Part shown: piece after piece, positions 30,700 through 39,970 of the stretch
How positions within the stretch are numbered: the first letter of the stretch is position 1
Layout of the letters: each line of letters opens with the position of its first letter
Source: Methanolinea sp.
Lineage (GTDB): Archaea > Halobacteriota > Methanomicrobia > Methanomicrobiales > Methanospirillaceae
Assembly (NCBI GenBank): GCA_018263335.1
Contig: JADFCY010000002.1
Coordinates: 36,249-100,248 of the forward strand
Reading direction: 5' to 3'
Length of the DNA stretch: 64,000 bases
Made by a program: the position numbers and the translations under genes
The notes under the pieces: generated by a model
The model's database searches: none
Seen by the model: only the letters and a program-made list of their open reading frames with translations
What the model was told of the DNA's origin: nothing

Positions 30700-33369
30700 T
30701 CACCGCCCCCCATCCCGAGCTCTCTTCTGGAGGTCATAGAGGAGGGAGAGGGCCGAGAGCGGGGTCATATCATCAAGGTTCAAGTTCTTCAGCATCTCGA
30801 TGACGGGGTGGGTGGGCGCGTCCGCTGCCGGGATGTCCGGCAGGAGCATCTGGGTATACCGCTTCACTCTTGCACCTGTTGAAGGGTGTTTGGCTTCAGA
30901 CATCTCTTCGAGGATCTCCCGGGCCCTGTCAGTCACCCTGCGTGGAACCCCGGCAAGCGTCGCGACGTGGATCCCGTAGCTCTTGTCAGTCGCGCCGGGG
31001 ATGATCTTGCGGAGGAAGACGACCTCCTTTCCGGTGTCCTTTGCTGCGAAGTGGAAGTTCTTCGCGCGTGAGAACTCCCCCTCGAAGGTGACGAGTTCGT
31101 GGAAATGCGTGGCGAAGAGGGTCCGTGGCCCACGGGGCTTCCTGCCGTGCAGGAACTCCAAGACCGCTCTTGCGATGGCGAGTCCGTCAAGCGTGCTTGT
31201 CCCCCTCCCGATCTCATCGAGGATTACCAGGCTTCTCCCGGTCACGTTGTTGAGGATGTTTGCAAGCTCGATCATCTCGACGAGGAATGTGCTCTGCCCG
31301 CTCGCGAGGTCGTCGAAGGCCCCCACCCGCGTGAAGACCCGGTCCACCACGCCGATTCGGGCGTATGCGGCAGGGACGAAACTTCCGGCCTGCGCCATGA
31401 TCGCCACGAGGGCCGCCGCCCTCATGTAGGTCGACTTCCCTGCCATGTTCGCTCCCGTAATGATGAGGATCTGGTCTCCCTCGCTTGAGAGTTCCAGGTC
31501 GTTTGGGACGAACTTCCCGGGCATCCCCACCTCGACGACTGGGTGGCGGCCTTCGCGCACAAGGAGATGAGTGGACTCGTCTATTACCGGCCTGCAGTAA
31601 TGTCCCGCCTCCGCCGCTTCCGCAAGCGAGACCGCCACATCAAGGAGCGCAATTCCCCCGGCGATCTCCTGCATCACGGGAACCGCCTCGTTCAGCCGTT
31701 CAAGGAGACCTGAATAGACCTCCTGTTCAAGCGACAGCTGGCGCTCTTCCGCGGACGAGATGACCGCCTCCTTCTCCTTCAGCTCAGGGATGGTGAAGCG
31801 CTCACCGGTAGAGGTGGTCTGCTTGCGCTGGTAGTCGGGCGGGACGAGGGGGAGATTGGGACGGGTCACCTCGATGTAGTAGCCAAAGACCGAGTTATAG
31901 GCAACCTTGAGCGATTTGATCCCCGTCCTCTCCCGCTCTCGCTGCTGGAGTTCCAGGATCCAATCTCTCCCGGATGTCGAGATCCCCCGGAGCGCATCCA
32001 GTTCCGGCGAAAAACCATCGCGGATCACGCCGCCGTTCCGCACTGCCGCAGGGGGATCGTCCACGATCGCGGCTCTGATCGTCTCCCCAACCCAGGAGAG
32101 ATCGGAGAGCATGCCACAGGCACCGCGGACAAATTCGGGGAGATCCGACCCCTGCCCACATCCCAGGATCGCTTTCAGTTGCGGGATGGCGGCAAGTGAC
32201 CGCTCGAGGCTCTTTAAGTCCCTCGGGGTCGCGTTTCCAAAGGCTATTCTCCCTGCAATCCGGCCGAGATCTGCACAGCGACGGAGTGCACGCGAGGCTT
32301 CCATCCTGACCGCCGTATTCCTGACGAAGTATTCGACGGCGTCCAGCCTGGCATTGATGGCGCCGACATTGACCAGCGGCTCGCAGAGCCACTGCCTGAG
32401 AAGCCGGCCTCCCATCGGGGTGGCCGTCCGGTCGAGGACAGAGAGGAGTGTTCCCTCCTTCCCCCTGCCCCTGATGCCCTGCACAATCTCAAGGTTCCGC
32501 AGGGTTATCGCGTCCAGGAGGCAGGACCCGCCCGAATTCCGCACCGAGAGGGTACGGATCTGCGGGAGTTCCGACCGCTGTATCTCCTTTGCATAGAGGA
32601 GGGCAGCGCCGGCCGCCCGCTCTTCGGGTGAATTCCGTCCAAGGCCGAATCCTTCGAGGCTTGCGACTCCGAAATGCCTGCAGAGAGCGTCTCTTGCCTT
32701 CTCAGGCAAGAACGTCCCTGCTGCCGCGCGGCTCACCACAAGGCCGTTCTTTGCGAGGAACTCTGCCAGCTCCGGGGGAGCATCGTCTGGCAGCAGGCAT
32801 TCGGCGGGGGCATTCCTCGCAATCTCCCCCAGTATCGCGGAATACCCGTGTTCAAGCGCGACGTTTTCCACCGAGAACTCGCCGGTGGTGATGTCAAGGA
32901 AGGCAAGTCCCGCCTCACCTTTCTTCGCATCGGGGGAGATGGCGAGGAGGTAATGGGCATCCGGAGAGGATAGAAGGGTCTCGTCCATCACCATGCCGGG
33001 AGTCACGACACGGACCACCTCCCTCTTCACAATCCCCTTCGCGGCCCGTGCATCTTCCACCTGGTCGCAGACCGCAACCTTGTAGCCTTTTGCGATCAGC
33101 CTCGCAATATACCCTTCAACCGCATGGCATGGCACTCCCGCGAGAGGGATCCGGTTCCCGCTGCGGTCCCTGGAACGGGAGGTAAGGACTATGTCAAGCT
33201 CCCTGGAGACGGTCTCGGCATCCTCGTTGAACGTCTCGTAAAAATCTCCGATATGAAAGAGAAGAATCGCATCAGGATATTTAGACTTGATCTCCTGGTA
33301 CTGGGCCATTGCGGGGGGGAGCCGGCTCTCCGCCCCGGGTTCCCTGGGCCGCGAACCCTTTTCCATCAC
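30700..33369 (-). CDS. mutS: DNA mismatch repair protein MutS (MutS1)
   Basis: GDFYE, TGANMAGKST, STFLVEM, DEIGRGTST, SYGIHVA. Confidence 0.97.
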   Translation of the reverse strand: MMEKGSRPREPGAESRLPPAMAQYQEIKSKYPDAILLFHIGDFYETFNEDAETVSRELDIVLTSRSRDRSGNRIPLAGVPCHAVEGYIARLIAKGYKVAVCDQVEDARAAKGIVKREVVRVVTPGMVMDETLLSSPDAHYLLAISPDAKKGEAGLAFLDITTGEFSVENVALEHGYSAILGEIARNAPAECLLPDDAPPELAEFLAKNGLVVSRAAAGTFLPEKARDALCRHFGVASLEGFGLGRNSPEERAAGAALLYAKEIQRSELPQIRTLSVRNSGGSCLLDAITLRNLEIVQGIRGRGKEGTLLSVLDRTATPMGGRLLRQWLCEPLVNVGAINARLDAVEYFVRNTAVRMEASRALRRCADLGRIAGRIAFGNATPRDLKSLERSLAAIPQLKAILGCGQGSDLPEFVRGACGMLSDLSWVGETIRAAIVDDPPAAVRNGGVIRDGFSPELDALRGISTSGRDWILELQQRERERTGIKSLKVAYNSVFGYYIEVTRPNLPLVPPDYQRKQTTSTGERFTIPELKEKEAVISSAEERQLSLEQEVYSGLLERLNEAVPVMQEIAGGIALLDVAVSLAEAAEAGHYCRPVIDESTHLLVREGRHPVVEVGMPGKFVPNDLELSSEGDQILIITGANMAGKSTYMRAAALVAIMAQAGSFVPAAYARIGVVDRVFTRVGAFDDLASGQSTFLVEMIELANILNNVTGRSLVILDEIGRGTSTLDGLAIARAVLEFLHGRKPRGPRTLFATHFHELVTFEGEFSRAKNFHFAAKDTGKEVVFLRKIIPGATDKSYGIHVATLAGVPRRVTDRAREILEEMSEAKHPSTGARVKRYTQMLLPDIPAADAPTHPVIEMLKNLNLDDMTPLSALSLLYDLQKRARDGGR

Positions 33370-33609
33370 ACATACTCTCGTGCACAGTGAGAGTTATGTG
33401 TAACGATCGCGGGCCTCCGGCTGCTGTGACATCCCCCTCGTGATGCCCCGGTGCGAATATTCAAATGTCCATTTTTCCATACTCTCCCGTGTGGGTCGTG
33501 TCTTCCCATGCCGCGCATTCTCCCTCTTTCGTGCGTTCCATCCAAATACAGGGAGTCCATAGGATGATGAGCAAAGATATGGAGTATTATTGGCCAGGGA
33601 GCGGTCCCG

Positions 33610-35724
33610 GTGACTGACCCGGATGCCGGGGAGATGGATTCATCGAATCCGACAAACCGGCTGATTCACGAGGTGTCACCCTACCTGCAGCAGCACGCGC
33701 ATAACCCTGTTGACTGGTATCCATGGGGGGAGGAGGCGTTTCTCAGGGCGCGGGCCGAAGCGAAGCCGATCTTTCTCTCTATAGGGTACTCGACCTGCCA
33801 CTGGTGCCACGTCATGGAGAAAGAGTCTTTCTCCAACCGGGAAGTCGCCAACCTCCTAAATGCACATTTTATTTGCATCAAGGTCGATCGCGAGGAGCGC
33901 CCGGATGTCGACCAGCTCTACATGGATGCCGCAATCGCCCTCGCGGGATCGGGCGGCTGGCCCCTCAATGTCGTTCTCACCCCGGATCTCCACCCGTTTT
34001 TTGCGGTCACCTATCTGCCGAAAGAGACCAGGATGGGAATGCCGGGACTGTTGGAGGTCCTCCCAAGACTCGCGGAGTTCTGGGAAGAGAAACGGGAAAA
34101 GGCGCGTGAGTCTGCCGGGCAACTCGCACGCGCCATCGCTGCCGATCGCAATGCGAGGCCCGGGGATCGACTGAGAAAGGACGCGGCTGACCGGGTGGTA
34201 CAGGACCTCCTCCTCAAGCACGACAGCCTGAACGGCGGATTCGGTCCTGCGCCGAAATTCCCGATGCCGCACCTCCACCTCTTCCTCCTCCGTTACTGGA
34301 GGTGGACCGGCAGCAAAAGAGCCCTCGGCATGACCGAAAAGACCCTCCTCTCCATGGCAAGGGGAGGCATATACGACCACCTCGGAGGGGGATTTCACCG
34401 GTACTCGACCGATGCGCGGTGGCTGGTCCCGCACTTCGAGAAGATGCTCTATGACCAGGCCCTGGCCGCGATGGCCTTCACTGAGGCATGGCTCGCGACG
34501 GGGAACCAGGAGTATTGGGAGGTCGCATCCGGCTGCCTGGACTATGCCTGCTCCAGGCTCAAGGCCCCCGGAGGAGGGTTCTTTTCGGCAGAGGACGCCG
34601 ACAGCGAGGGCGTGGAAGGGAAGTACTACCTCTGGACCCGTGACGAGATCGCGTCCCTCCTGGACCCCGAAGACGCGCGGGTCGCATTTCTTGTCTTCCC
34701 TGTGAGCCGGACCGGAAATTACCCTGACCCGCATACCGGCCGGTACACTGGGGAGAACGTCCTTCACCGCACCCATTCCGAACACGAGGCGGCAAGGATC
34801 CTCTCTCTTTCTCCAGGGGAGGTCAGAGCGCGGATAGAGAGGATCAAGACCACCCTGCTTGGGGCCCGCGAGATGCGAACGCGGCCTTTTTGCGACGAGA
34901 AGATCCTTGCCGACTGGAACGGGCTCGCGATTGCTGCGCTTGCAATCGGCGGGAGAGCGTCTGGCAGGTGGGTTTACCTCGATGCAGCCGAAAAGGCCGC
35001 TTCGTTTGTCCTCTCGCGGATGCGCATGGACGATGGAGGCCTCTACCACCGGTTCAGGGATGGCTCTGCGGGAATTCCCGGTCTCTCAGCCGACTATGCG
35101 GCAATGGTCTGGGGACTCCTCGAACTCTCTGTGGCGACCAGGGATCCACGGCACCTTGAATCGGCCCTTCTTCTCGAGGATTACCACGATTCCCACTTCT
35201 GGGACAATAGGTCTGGCGGATACTTCACTTCCCCCGTGAGCGCGACAGACCTCTTCGCAAGGAAAAAGGAGTTCGCTGACGGGGCCATCCCTTCCCCGAA
35301 CTCTGTCTCGTTCTGCAACCTCGTGCGACTGGGGCTCCTCACAGGGGAGGAACGTTACAGCCGGCGTGCCGAAGCCCTCTCACGTCTCTACTCGCCGCTG
35401 GTTGAGAATGGTCCCGCATCATGCGGCCTGTTCATGGCAGGGTTCACCCTCTCCCGAGGCCCGGCAACCCGCGTGGTGGTGACAGGAAAGGGCACCGATC
35501 CCGCCTTCCTGGCGATGAATGAGTTCCTTGACCACCATTACCTCCCCTTCACAATCCCCGTTTCACTGGAACACGGGAAGGATGAAGAGCTCTTCTTCCG
35601 GCTCGCCCCTTCGCTTGCCCCGCATCGTTTCGCGGGAGAGGCAGCAGTCGCCCATGTCTGCACAAGGAGTTCATGCGCACCACCTGCGTTCTCTGTGGAG
35701 GACCTCTCGGCAAGGCTCGGATGA
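33610..35724 (+). CDS. YyaL/SPATA20-like thioredoxin-domain protein (DUF255)
   Basis: [46 protein letters not shown]. Confidence 0.92.
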   Translation: MTDPDAGEMDSSNPTNRLIHEVSPYLQQHAHNPVDWYPWGEEAFLRARAEAKPIFLSIGYSTCHWCHVMEKESFSNREVANLLNAHFICIKVDREERPDVDQLYMDAAIALAGSGGWPLNVVLTPDLHPFFAVTYLPKETRMGMPGLLEVLPRLAEFWEEKREKARESAGQLARAIAADRNARPGDRLRKDAADRVVQDLLLKHDSLNGGFGPAPKFPMPHLHLFLLRYWRWTGSKRALGMTEKTLLSMARGGIYDHLGGGFHRYSTDARWLVPHFEKMLYDQALAAMAFTEAWLATGNQEYWEVASGCLDYACSRLKAPGGGFFSAEDADSEGVEGKYYLWTRDEIASLLDPEDARVAFLVFPVSRTGNYPDPHTGRYTGENVLHRTHSEHEAARILSLSPGEVRARIERIKTTLLGAREMRTRPFCDEKILADWNGLAIAALAIGGRASGRWVYLDAAEKAASFVLSRMRMDDGGLYHRFRDGSAGIPGLSADYAAMVWGLLELSVATRDPRHLESALLLEDYHDSHFWDNRSGGYFTSPVSATDLFARKKEFADGAIPSPNSVSFCNLVRLGLLTGEERYSRRAEALSRLYSPLVENGPASCGLFMAGFTLSRGPATRVVVTGKGTDPAFLAMNEFLDHHYLPFTIPVSLEHGKDEELFFRLAPSLAPHRFAGEAAVAHVCTRSSCAPPAFSVEDLSARLG

Positions 35725-35772
35725 GGCGTCCTGAGATATCAGAAGCGCATTCTCACAAAAAAAGGTGAGTGA

Positions 35773-36249
35773 TCAGAGGTTCTTCAGGGCCACCATGTCC
35801 ATTACCCCTGTCAGTTTCCAGACGAGGGATCTCTCCTCCCTGGCAATAGCCTCTGGGGGGTCCTGGGGGGAATGCCCGAGCGCTGCGAGGATGTTCGTGG
35901 AGAGGTGCCGTTCCTTGATCAGGTCGACGAACTCCTGGCGGATCAGCTTCTTCTCGATCGAGTCGGTCACCTCCTCGAGGTACCCCTGCATGCTGACGAA
36001 AGTGTAACTGGAGAGGTCGCGGGTGTACTTCTCCACCTCCACCGCGACGTACGGGCTTTTCCTGAAGTATTCGAGCTTCTTTCCATACTTTGTGGAGAGG
36101 AAATAGAGGAACTTGCCGTCAAAGACGTAGAGGAAGGGTGCAATATAAGGATACTTCTCCCCCTGGAAGGCTATCCGGCAGATATAGCCCTTTTCTATCA
36201 GGGAGTCATACTCCTTCTTATCCATCCGGGGGATCTTCACTATCTCCAT
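35773..36249 (-). CDS. pyridoxamine 5'-phosphate oxidase-like flavin-binding protein (NimA-like)
   Basis: CRIAF, YPYIAP, LYF, GKK, split-barrel pattern. Confidence 0.82.
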   Translation of the reverse strand: MEIVKIPRMDKKEYDSLIEKGYICRIAFQGEKYPYIAPFLYVFDGKFLYFLSTKYGKKLEYFRKSPYVAVEVEKYTRDLSSYTFVSMQGYLEEVTDSIEKKLIRQEFVDLIKERHLSTNILAALGHSPQDPPEAIAREERSLVWKLTGVMDMVALKNL

Positions 36250-36551
36250 AACTACCGCATTCAGCATTACGATCCCTCTCTCTTATATTTTGTGTATTCA
36301 TGCGTCTGCGAATATTGGCAAGGGGATACCTGGATTCCACAATGCGGGAGCTATGGGTGGATGGTATGCCAACTGGCTTACTTTAGGGGCCGGAAGGATG
36401 ATGGGATGGCCGCTCAAAAGAAAATTCCCGCGGAATTTTTTTTAAATTTCATGCCGGGACACCTCCGGGTGACTTGCGATATTCCAATCCGCTTGTTTCG
36501 CATGATTCCAAACAATACTTCCATAAGGCACAAAAGAGACCTCTTTAATCA

Positions 36552-37289
36552 GTGAAAGGAATGCATACACCCCGTCCTGTCCGGGCACTGCTCATCGACA
36601 TGGACAATACCCTCGTTGATCTTGTCGGCGCAAAGCGTGCGGCATGCCGTGCGATCATTGAGAAGACGGGAGTGGGAGATGCCGATCTGCTCTTCTCGTA
36701 TTTCCTGCGGCGGACAAGGGGATTCGAGGACCCGGGAAATATCCTGGACTTCCTCGTCGATGAAGGAGTATACTCGGATTCTCTCTTTGAGGTATGCGCC
36801 GCCACGTACCGCGAGGAAAAGCTCTCGCATATCGTGCCCTACCCTGGAGTCCCCGAGACACTGGAGCGCCTCGTCGAAAGGGGTTACCCTCTTGCACTTG
36901 TCACCGACGCCCACAGGAACGACGCGATCCCCAGACTTGAAAGGGCAGGCCTGCGCGGTTTTTTTGACCATATCGTCACTTACGACATGACATGGCAGAA
37001 GAAACCGGACCCCCTGCCATTCCTTTATGCCCTCCAGATGCTAAATACCACGCCTGGTGATGCCATGATCGTCGGGGACAGCCAGAGAAGGGATATCGAT
37101 CCGGCAAAAAAAATTGGGATGATTACCGTGTATGCCCGTTACGGCGACCGCTTCTCATTGCCGGGGATGGATGGGGGCGCAGATTTCACCATAGACGATT
37201 TCGCCCAGCTGCTCCCTCTCTTGTCCGGCCTCGAAGTTGATGGAAAAGTCAGGAGATCACCATGTGCGGCAGGTTCACCATCACGCTGA
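36552..37289 (+). CDS. HAD-superfamily hydrolase
   Basis: IDMDNTL, LVTD, KKPDP, VGDS..DI. Confidence 0.9.
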   Translation: MKGMHTPRPVRALLIDMDNTLVDLVGAKRAACRAIIEKTGVGDADLLFSYFLRRTRGFEDPGNILDFLVDEGVYSDSLFEVCAATYREEKLSHIVPYPGVPETLERLVERGYPLALVTDAHRNDAIPRLERAGLRGFFDHIVTYDMTWQKKPDPLPFLYALQMLNTTPGDAMIVGDSQRRDIDPAKKIGMITVYARYGDRFSLPGMDGGADFTIDDFAQLLPLLSGLEVDGKVRRSPCAAGSPSR

Positions 37290-37945
37290 CTGTAGGGTTC
37301 GGCGAGCGGTTCGGGGTCGACGAGTCCTCCCTGGACCTTGCCCCGCGCTACAATATTGCCCCTTCGCAGCAGGTACCGGTCATCTTCACCACGCCCACAG
37401 GAAAGCGGGTCGCGCAGCCAATGACATGGGGCCTGGTGCCCTCCTGGACCCGTGACCTGACCGGCGCCCGCCCGCTGATCAACGCGCGGGCCGATTCGCT
37501 CTCCGAACGCCCGTCGTTTCGGGGGCCCCTTGCACGGCACCGCTGCCTCATCCCGGCAACCGGCTTTTACGAGTGGCAGAAGTCAGGGCCCCAGAAAGTG
37601 CCCTATTATATCTGCAGGAAAGACCAGGGTTTCCTTGCGTTTGCGGGGCTCTACGATGTGCTGAGAGGGCGAAATCCCCCCCTTTGGACGTTTGCAATCA
37701 TCACCACGGAACCAAACTCCCTTGTGGCGCGGTTCCACGACCGGATGCCTGCCATCCTCATGCGCGAGGACGAGGAACGCTGGCTGACACCCGGCCCCAT
37801 CGCAGAGCGGGACCGTGCATCCATCCTCGCGCCCTGCCCAGATGACATCCTCGACTCCTACCCCGTCTCGAGGGCGGTCAACGATCCCTCCCGTGAGGGG
37901 CCCGAACTCATACGAAGGTCAGGGGATCGGACGCTCGATCTCTGA
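37262..37945 (+). CDS. SRAP (YedK/HMCES-like) abasic-site-protecting protein
   Basis: MCGRF N-terminus, PRYNIAPSQ, WGLVP, INARA, GFYEW, HDRMP; AGGAG upstream. Confidence 0.93.
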   Translation: MCGRFTITLTVGFGERFGVDESSLDLAPRYNIAPSQQVPVIFTTPTGKRVAQPMTWGLVPSWTRDLTGARPLINARADSLSERPSFRGPLARHRCLIPATGFYEWQKSGPQKVPYYICRKDQGFLAFAGLYDVLRGRNPPLWTFAIITTEPNSLVARFHDRMPAILMREDEERWLTPGPIAERDRASILAPCPDDILDSYPVSRAVNDPSREGPELIRRSGDRTLDL

Positions 37946-37965
37946 TCCACCCCCCCCGTATTTTC

Positions 37966-38835
37966 TCAAAGGTTATCCCTTATGAGGGACTTAACACGAT
38001 CTTCGAGTCCTTCGACCCTTGTCACATCGCGTATCACGTCTGTTGCATCAACGAGCACGGGTTGAAGGGGAGTCATCCCAAGAAGGGAGAAGAAAGCCCT
38101 GATCACTTCTCTCACACACCTGAAATTTTCATGGCCCTCCCGACCGGCAACGGCCATCAGCAGACCCTTGCGGGAAGGGAAGTCTCCTCCAAGGGTCATT
38201 TCTGCGTGCAGGGCCATAAAACGGTCAAGAAGGGCTTTCAGGCCTGCAGGGACAGTGTTGGTATACACGGGAGAGCAGATGACGAGCAGGCTGCAGCCTG
38301 CGACCGCATCGATGATCCCATTCATATCGTCCCAAAAGACACAGGTCCCGGTGTTGTAGCACTGGTAGCACCCAATGCAGGGATGGATGTCCATGTCGTG
38401 GGGGTATATGACTTCTACTTTCCTCCCTTCACGGCGTGCAGACTCCGCAGCCCACGATGCAAGGATGGCGCTGTTTCCTCCCGCGCGGGGGCTTCCCTGT
38501 ATGATTACAACACCCTTGCCCTTGTCGCGCCCGGCAGGAATTGAAGGTGCAGGGTGTGATCTGCGGAATGCATCGGGATCGGCACGCAACTCCGCTTCCC
38601 AGGATGCCGCCCTCTCCTCTGCCACCTGCCTGGCACTAAACGGCATGGAAGGCGAATATTCATAGGAGTTTGTCCTTGAGAGTGCGAGAACCTCCTGCCC
38701 GGCCTTGGCCTCGATGATATACCGCACCATCCCGGGATAGAAACAGGAAAGATCTTCCTCTCGGACGACGACATGATATGAAGTCCCGCCCGCCTGATCC
38801 CCGGTGTCCCGGACACTCTGTTTGGACTGCTCCAT
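37966..38835 (-). CDS. iron-sulfur flavoprotein (Isf / FMN reductase family) with an N-terminal extension
   Basis: GSPRAGGNS, CIGCYQCYNTGTC, SPVY, LKALLDR. Confidence 0.85.
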   Translation of the reverse strand: MEQSKQSVRDTGDQAGGTSYHVVVREEDLSCFYPGMVRYIIEAKAGQEVLALSRTNSYEYSPSMPFSARQVAEERAASWEAELRADPDAFRRSHPAPSIPAGRDKGKGVVIIQGSPRAGGNSAILASWAAESARREGRKVEVIYPHDMDIHPCIGCYQCYNTGTCVFWDDMNGIIDAVAGCSLLVICSPVYTNTVPAGLKALLDRFMALHAEMTLGGDFPSRKGLLMAVAGREGHENFRCVREVIRAFFSLLGMTPLQPVLVDATDVIRDVTRVEGLEDRVKSLIRDNL

Positions 38836-38926
38836 GAAAGAGAAGTAGGAGTGGCGGGGGATATACGTTCCAGTTCGGAAGTGATACTATTATGGCACCG
38901 CACCGGAAGAATTCTCCTCCGGGAAT

Positions 38927-39580
38927 ATGCGAATGCCGGAGATGCGTGAACAGGAGATAGAAAAACTGACCCGCCTCGCTGCGGGGAGGGGGGCCGAGGC
39001 CCGCGTCATCTCCTCGCGGGACATCATTGTCTCAGACTGGGTCCGGTTCAAGTGCCGTTTCGGGTGCAAGGGGTACGGGAAGCACATGAGCTGCCCTCCT
39101 TATGCACCGGGACCTGAAGAGACGAGGCGGATGGTCAGGGAATACGAGACAGGGCTCCTCCTCAAATTCGAGGGAATCCCAGGGCACAGGGACCTCTCCC
39201 CCGACCAGATTCCAGAAGATTTCCACCCGTTCTTCCGCGATCTCATCCTCTGGGTGAACGGGACCGTCCATTTCCTTGAGAAGACTGCGTTCTATGACGA
39301 TTTTTACAAGGCGTTCGGGTTCGGCGCATACCCGTGCATCTACTGCGAGCACGAGCACTGCGTCGCAGAGGAACATGAGGGGGTCGTTGACGAGAGCATC
39401 AGGAGGAGGTGCCGGCACATGGACCTTGTCAGGCCCAGCATGGAGGCTGCCGGGATGGATGTCTTCGCCACTGCCAGGAACGCAGGCTGGGTACTGCACA
39501 CAGTACCGTGCAGGAATCTCGAATATGGCATGGTGGAGCACGGGAACATCACCTCGATCGGCCTAGTACTGCTGGAATAG
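38927..39580 (+). CDS. DUF2284 cysteine-rich predicted metal-binding protein
   Basis: KCRFGCKGYG..SCPP, CIYC..C, RPSMEAAGMDVFATA. Confidence 0.85.
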   Translation: MRMPEMREQEIEKLTRLAAGRGAEARVISSRDIIVSDWVRFKCRFGCKGYGKHMSCPPYAPGPEETRRMVREYETGLLLKFEGIPGHRDLSPDQIPEDFHPFFRDLILWVNGTVHFLEKTAFYDDFYKAFGFGAYPCIYCEHEHCVAEEHEGVVDESIRRRCRHMDLVRPSMEAAGMDVFATARNAGWVLHTVPCRNLEYGMVEHGNITSIGLVLLE

Positions 39581-39807
39581 AATAACTCTCCCCACTGCGG
39601 GTCCTGTCCATGTGACAGGGCGGATGAGAATCGTGATCCCTCTCTGCATCTGCGAAGAGGCTGCGGGGAGGTATGCGGGATGCAGGTCACATGTGCATGG
39701 TATCCTTCATGAAACGCATACCACCTCCTGCCAGGGTCGCTCCTATGCCGCGCTCGATGCCGCCACAAAATAAATCTCATTTATATTGCGTTTTTTTATT
39801 GATGTGA

Positions 39808-39824
39808 GGGGAAAATATAAATAC
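39808..39824 (+). promoter_or_regulatory. BRE/TATA promoter of the KamA-family gene
   Basis: Purine run GGGGAAA followed by ATATAAATA, about 150 nt upstream of the ATG. Confidence 0.6.
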
Positions 39825-39850
39825 ATTGAATAGACATAGTAAACCGCACC

Positions 39851-39952
39851 TTCTGCCTTCCCCTGGCCCTCATCCCTGCAGGCAATAACTTTTACTGGTC
39901 ATATCCTGCAGCGGAACTTCGCCATCACAGGGCCGAACCCGGGAAGGCAGGA
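39851..39952 (+). ncRNA. candidate structured 5' leader RNA
   Basis: Nested stems 39851-62/39941-52 (12 bp, one GU), 39865-70/39929-34 (6 bp), 39876-82/39905-11 (7 bp). Confidence 0.4.
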
Positions 39953-39970
39953 TCCCGCAGGAGCTGCCCG

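Noticed and set aside
33564..33617. Box C/D sRNA (ATGATGA...CTGA, 54 nt)
   Set aside because: No convincing internal D'/C' boxes, it overlaps the likely start of the YyaL gene, and guide complementarity could not be shown
33856..35049. Long antisense or alternative-frame ORFs (also 15029-15997, 16101-17159, 24219-25094, 46755-47705)
   Set aside because: They overlap well-supported genes and have no recognisable motifs; typical shadow ORFs of GC-rich coding DNA
39860..39890. SAM-I or lysine riboswitch
   Set aside because: Only a CTGGCCC fragment resembles SAM-I; the other conserved core nucleotides are missing
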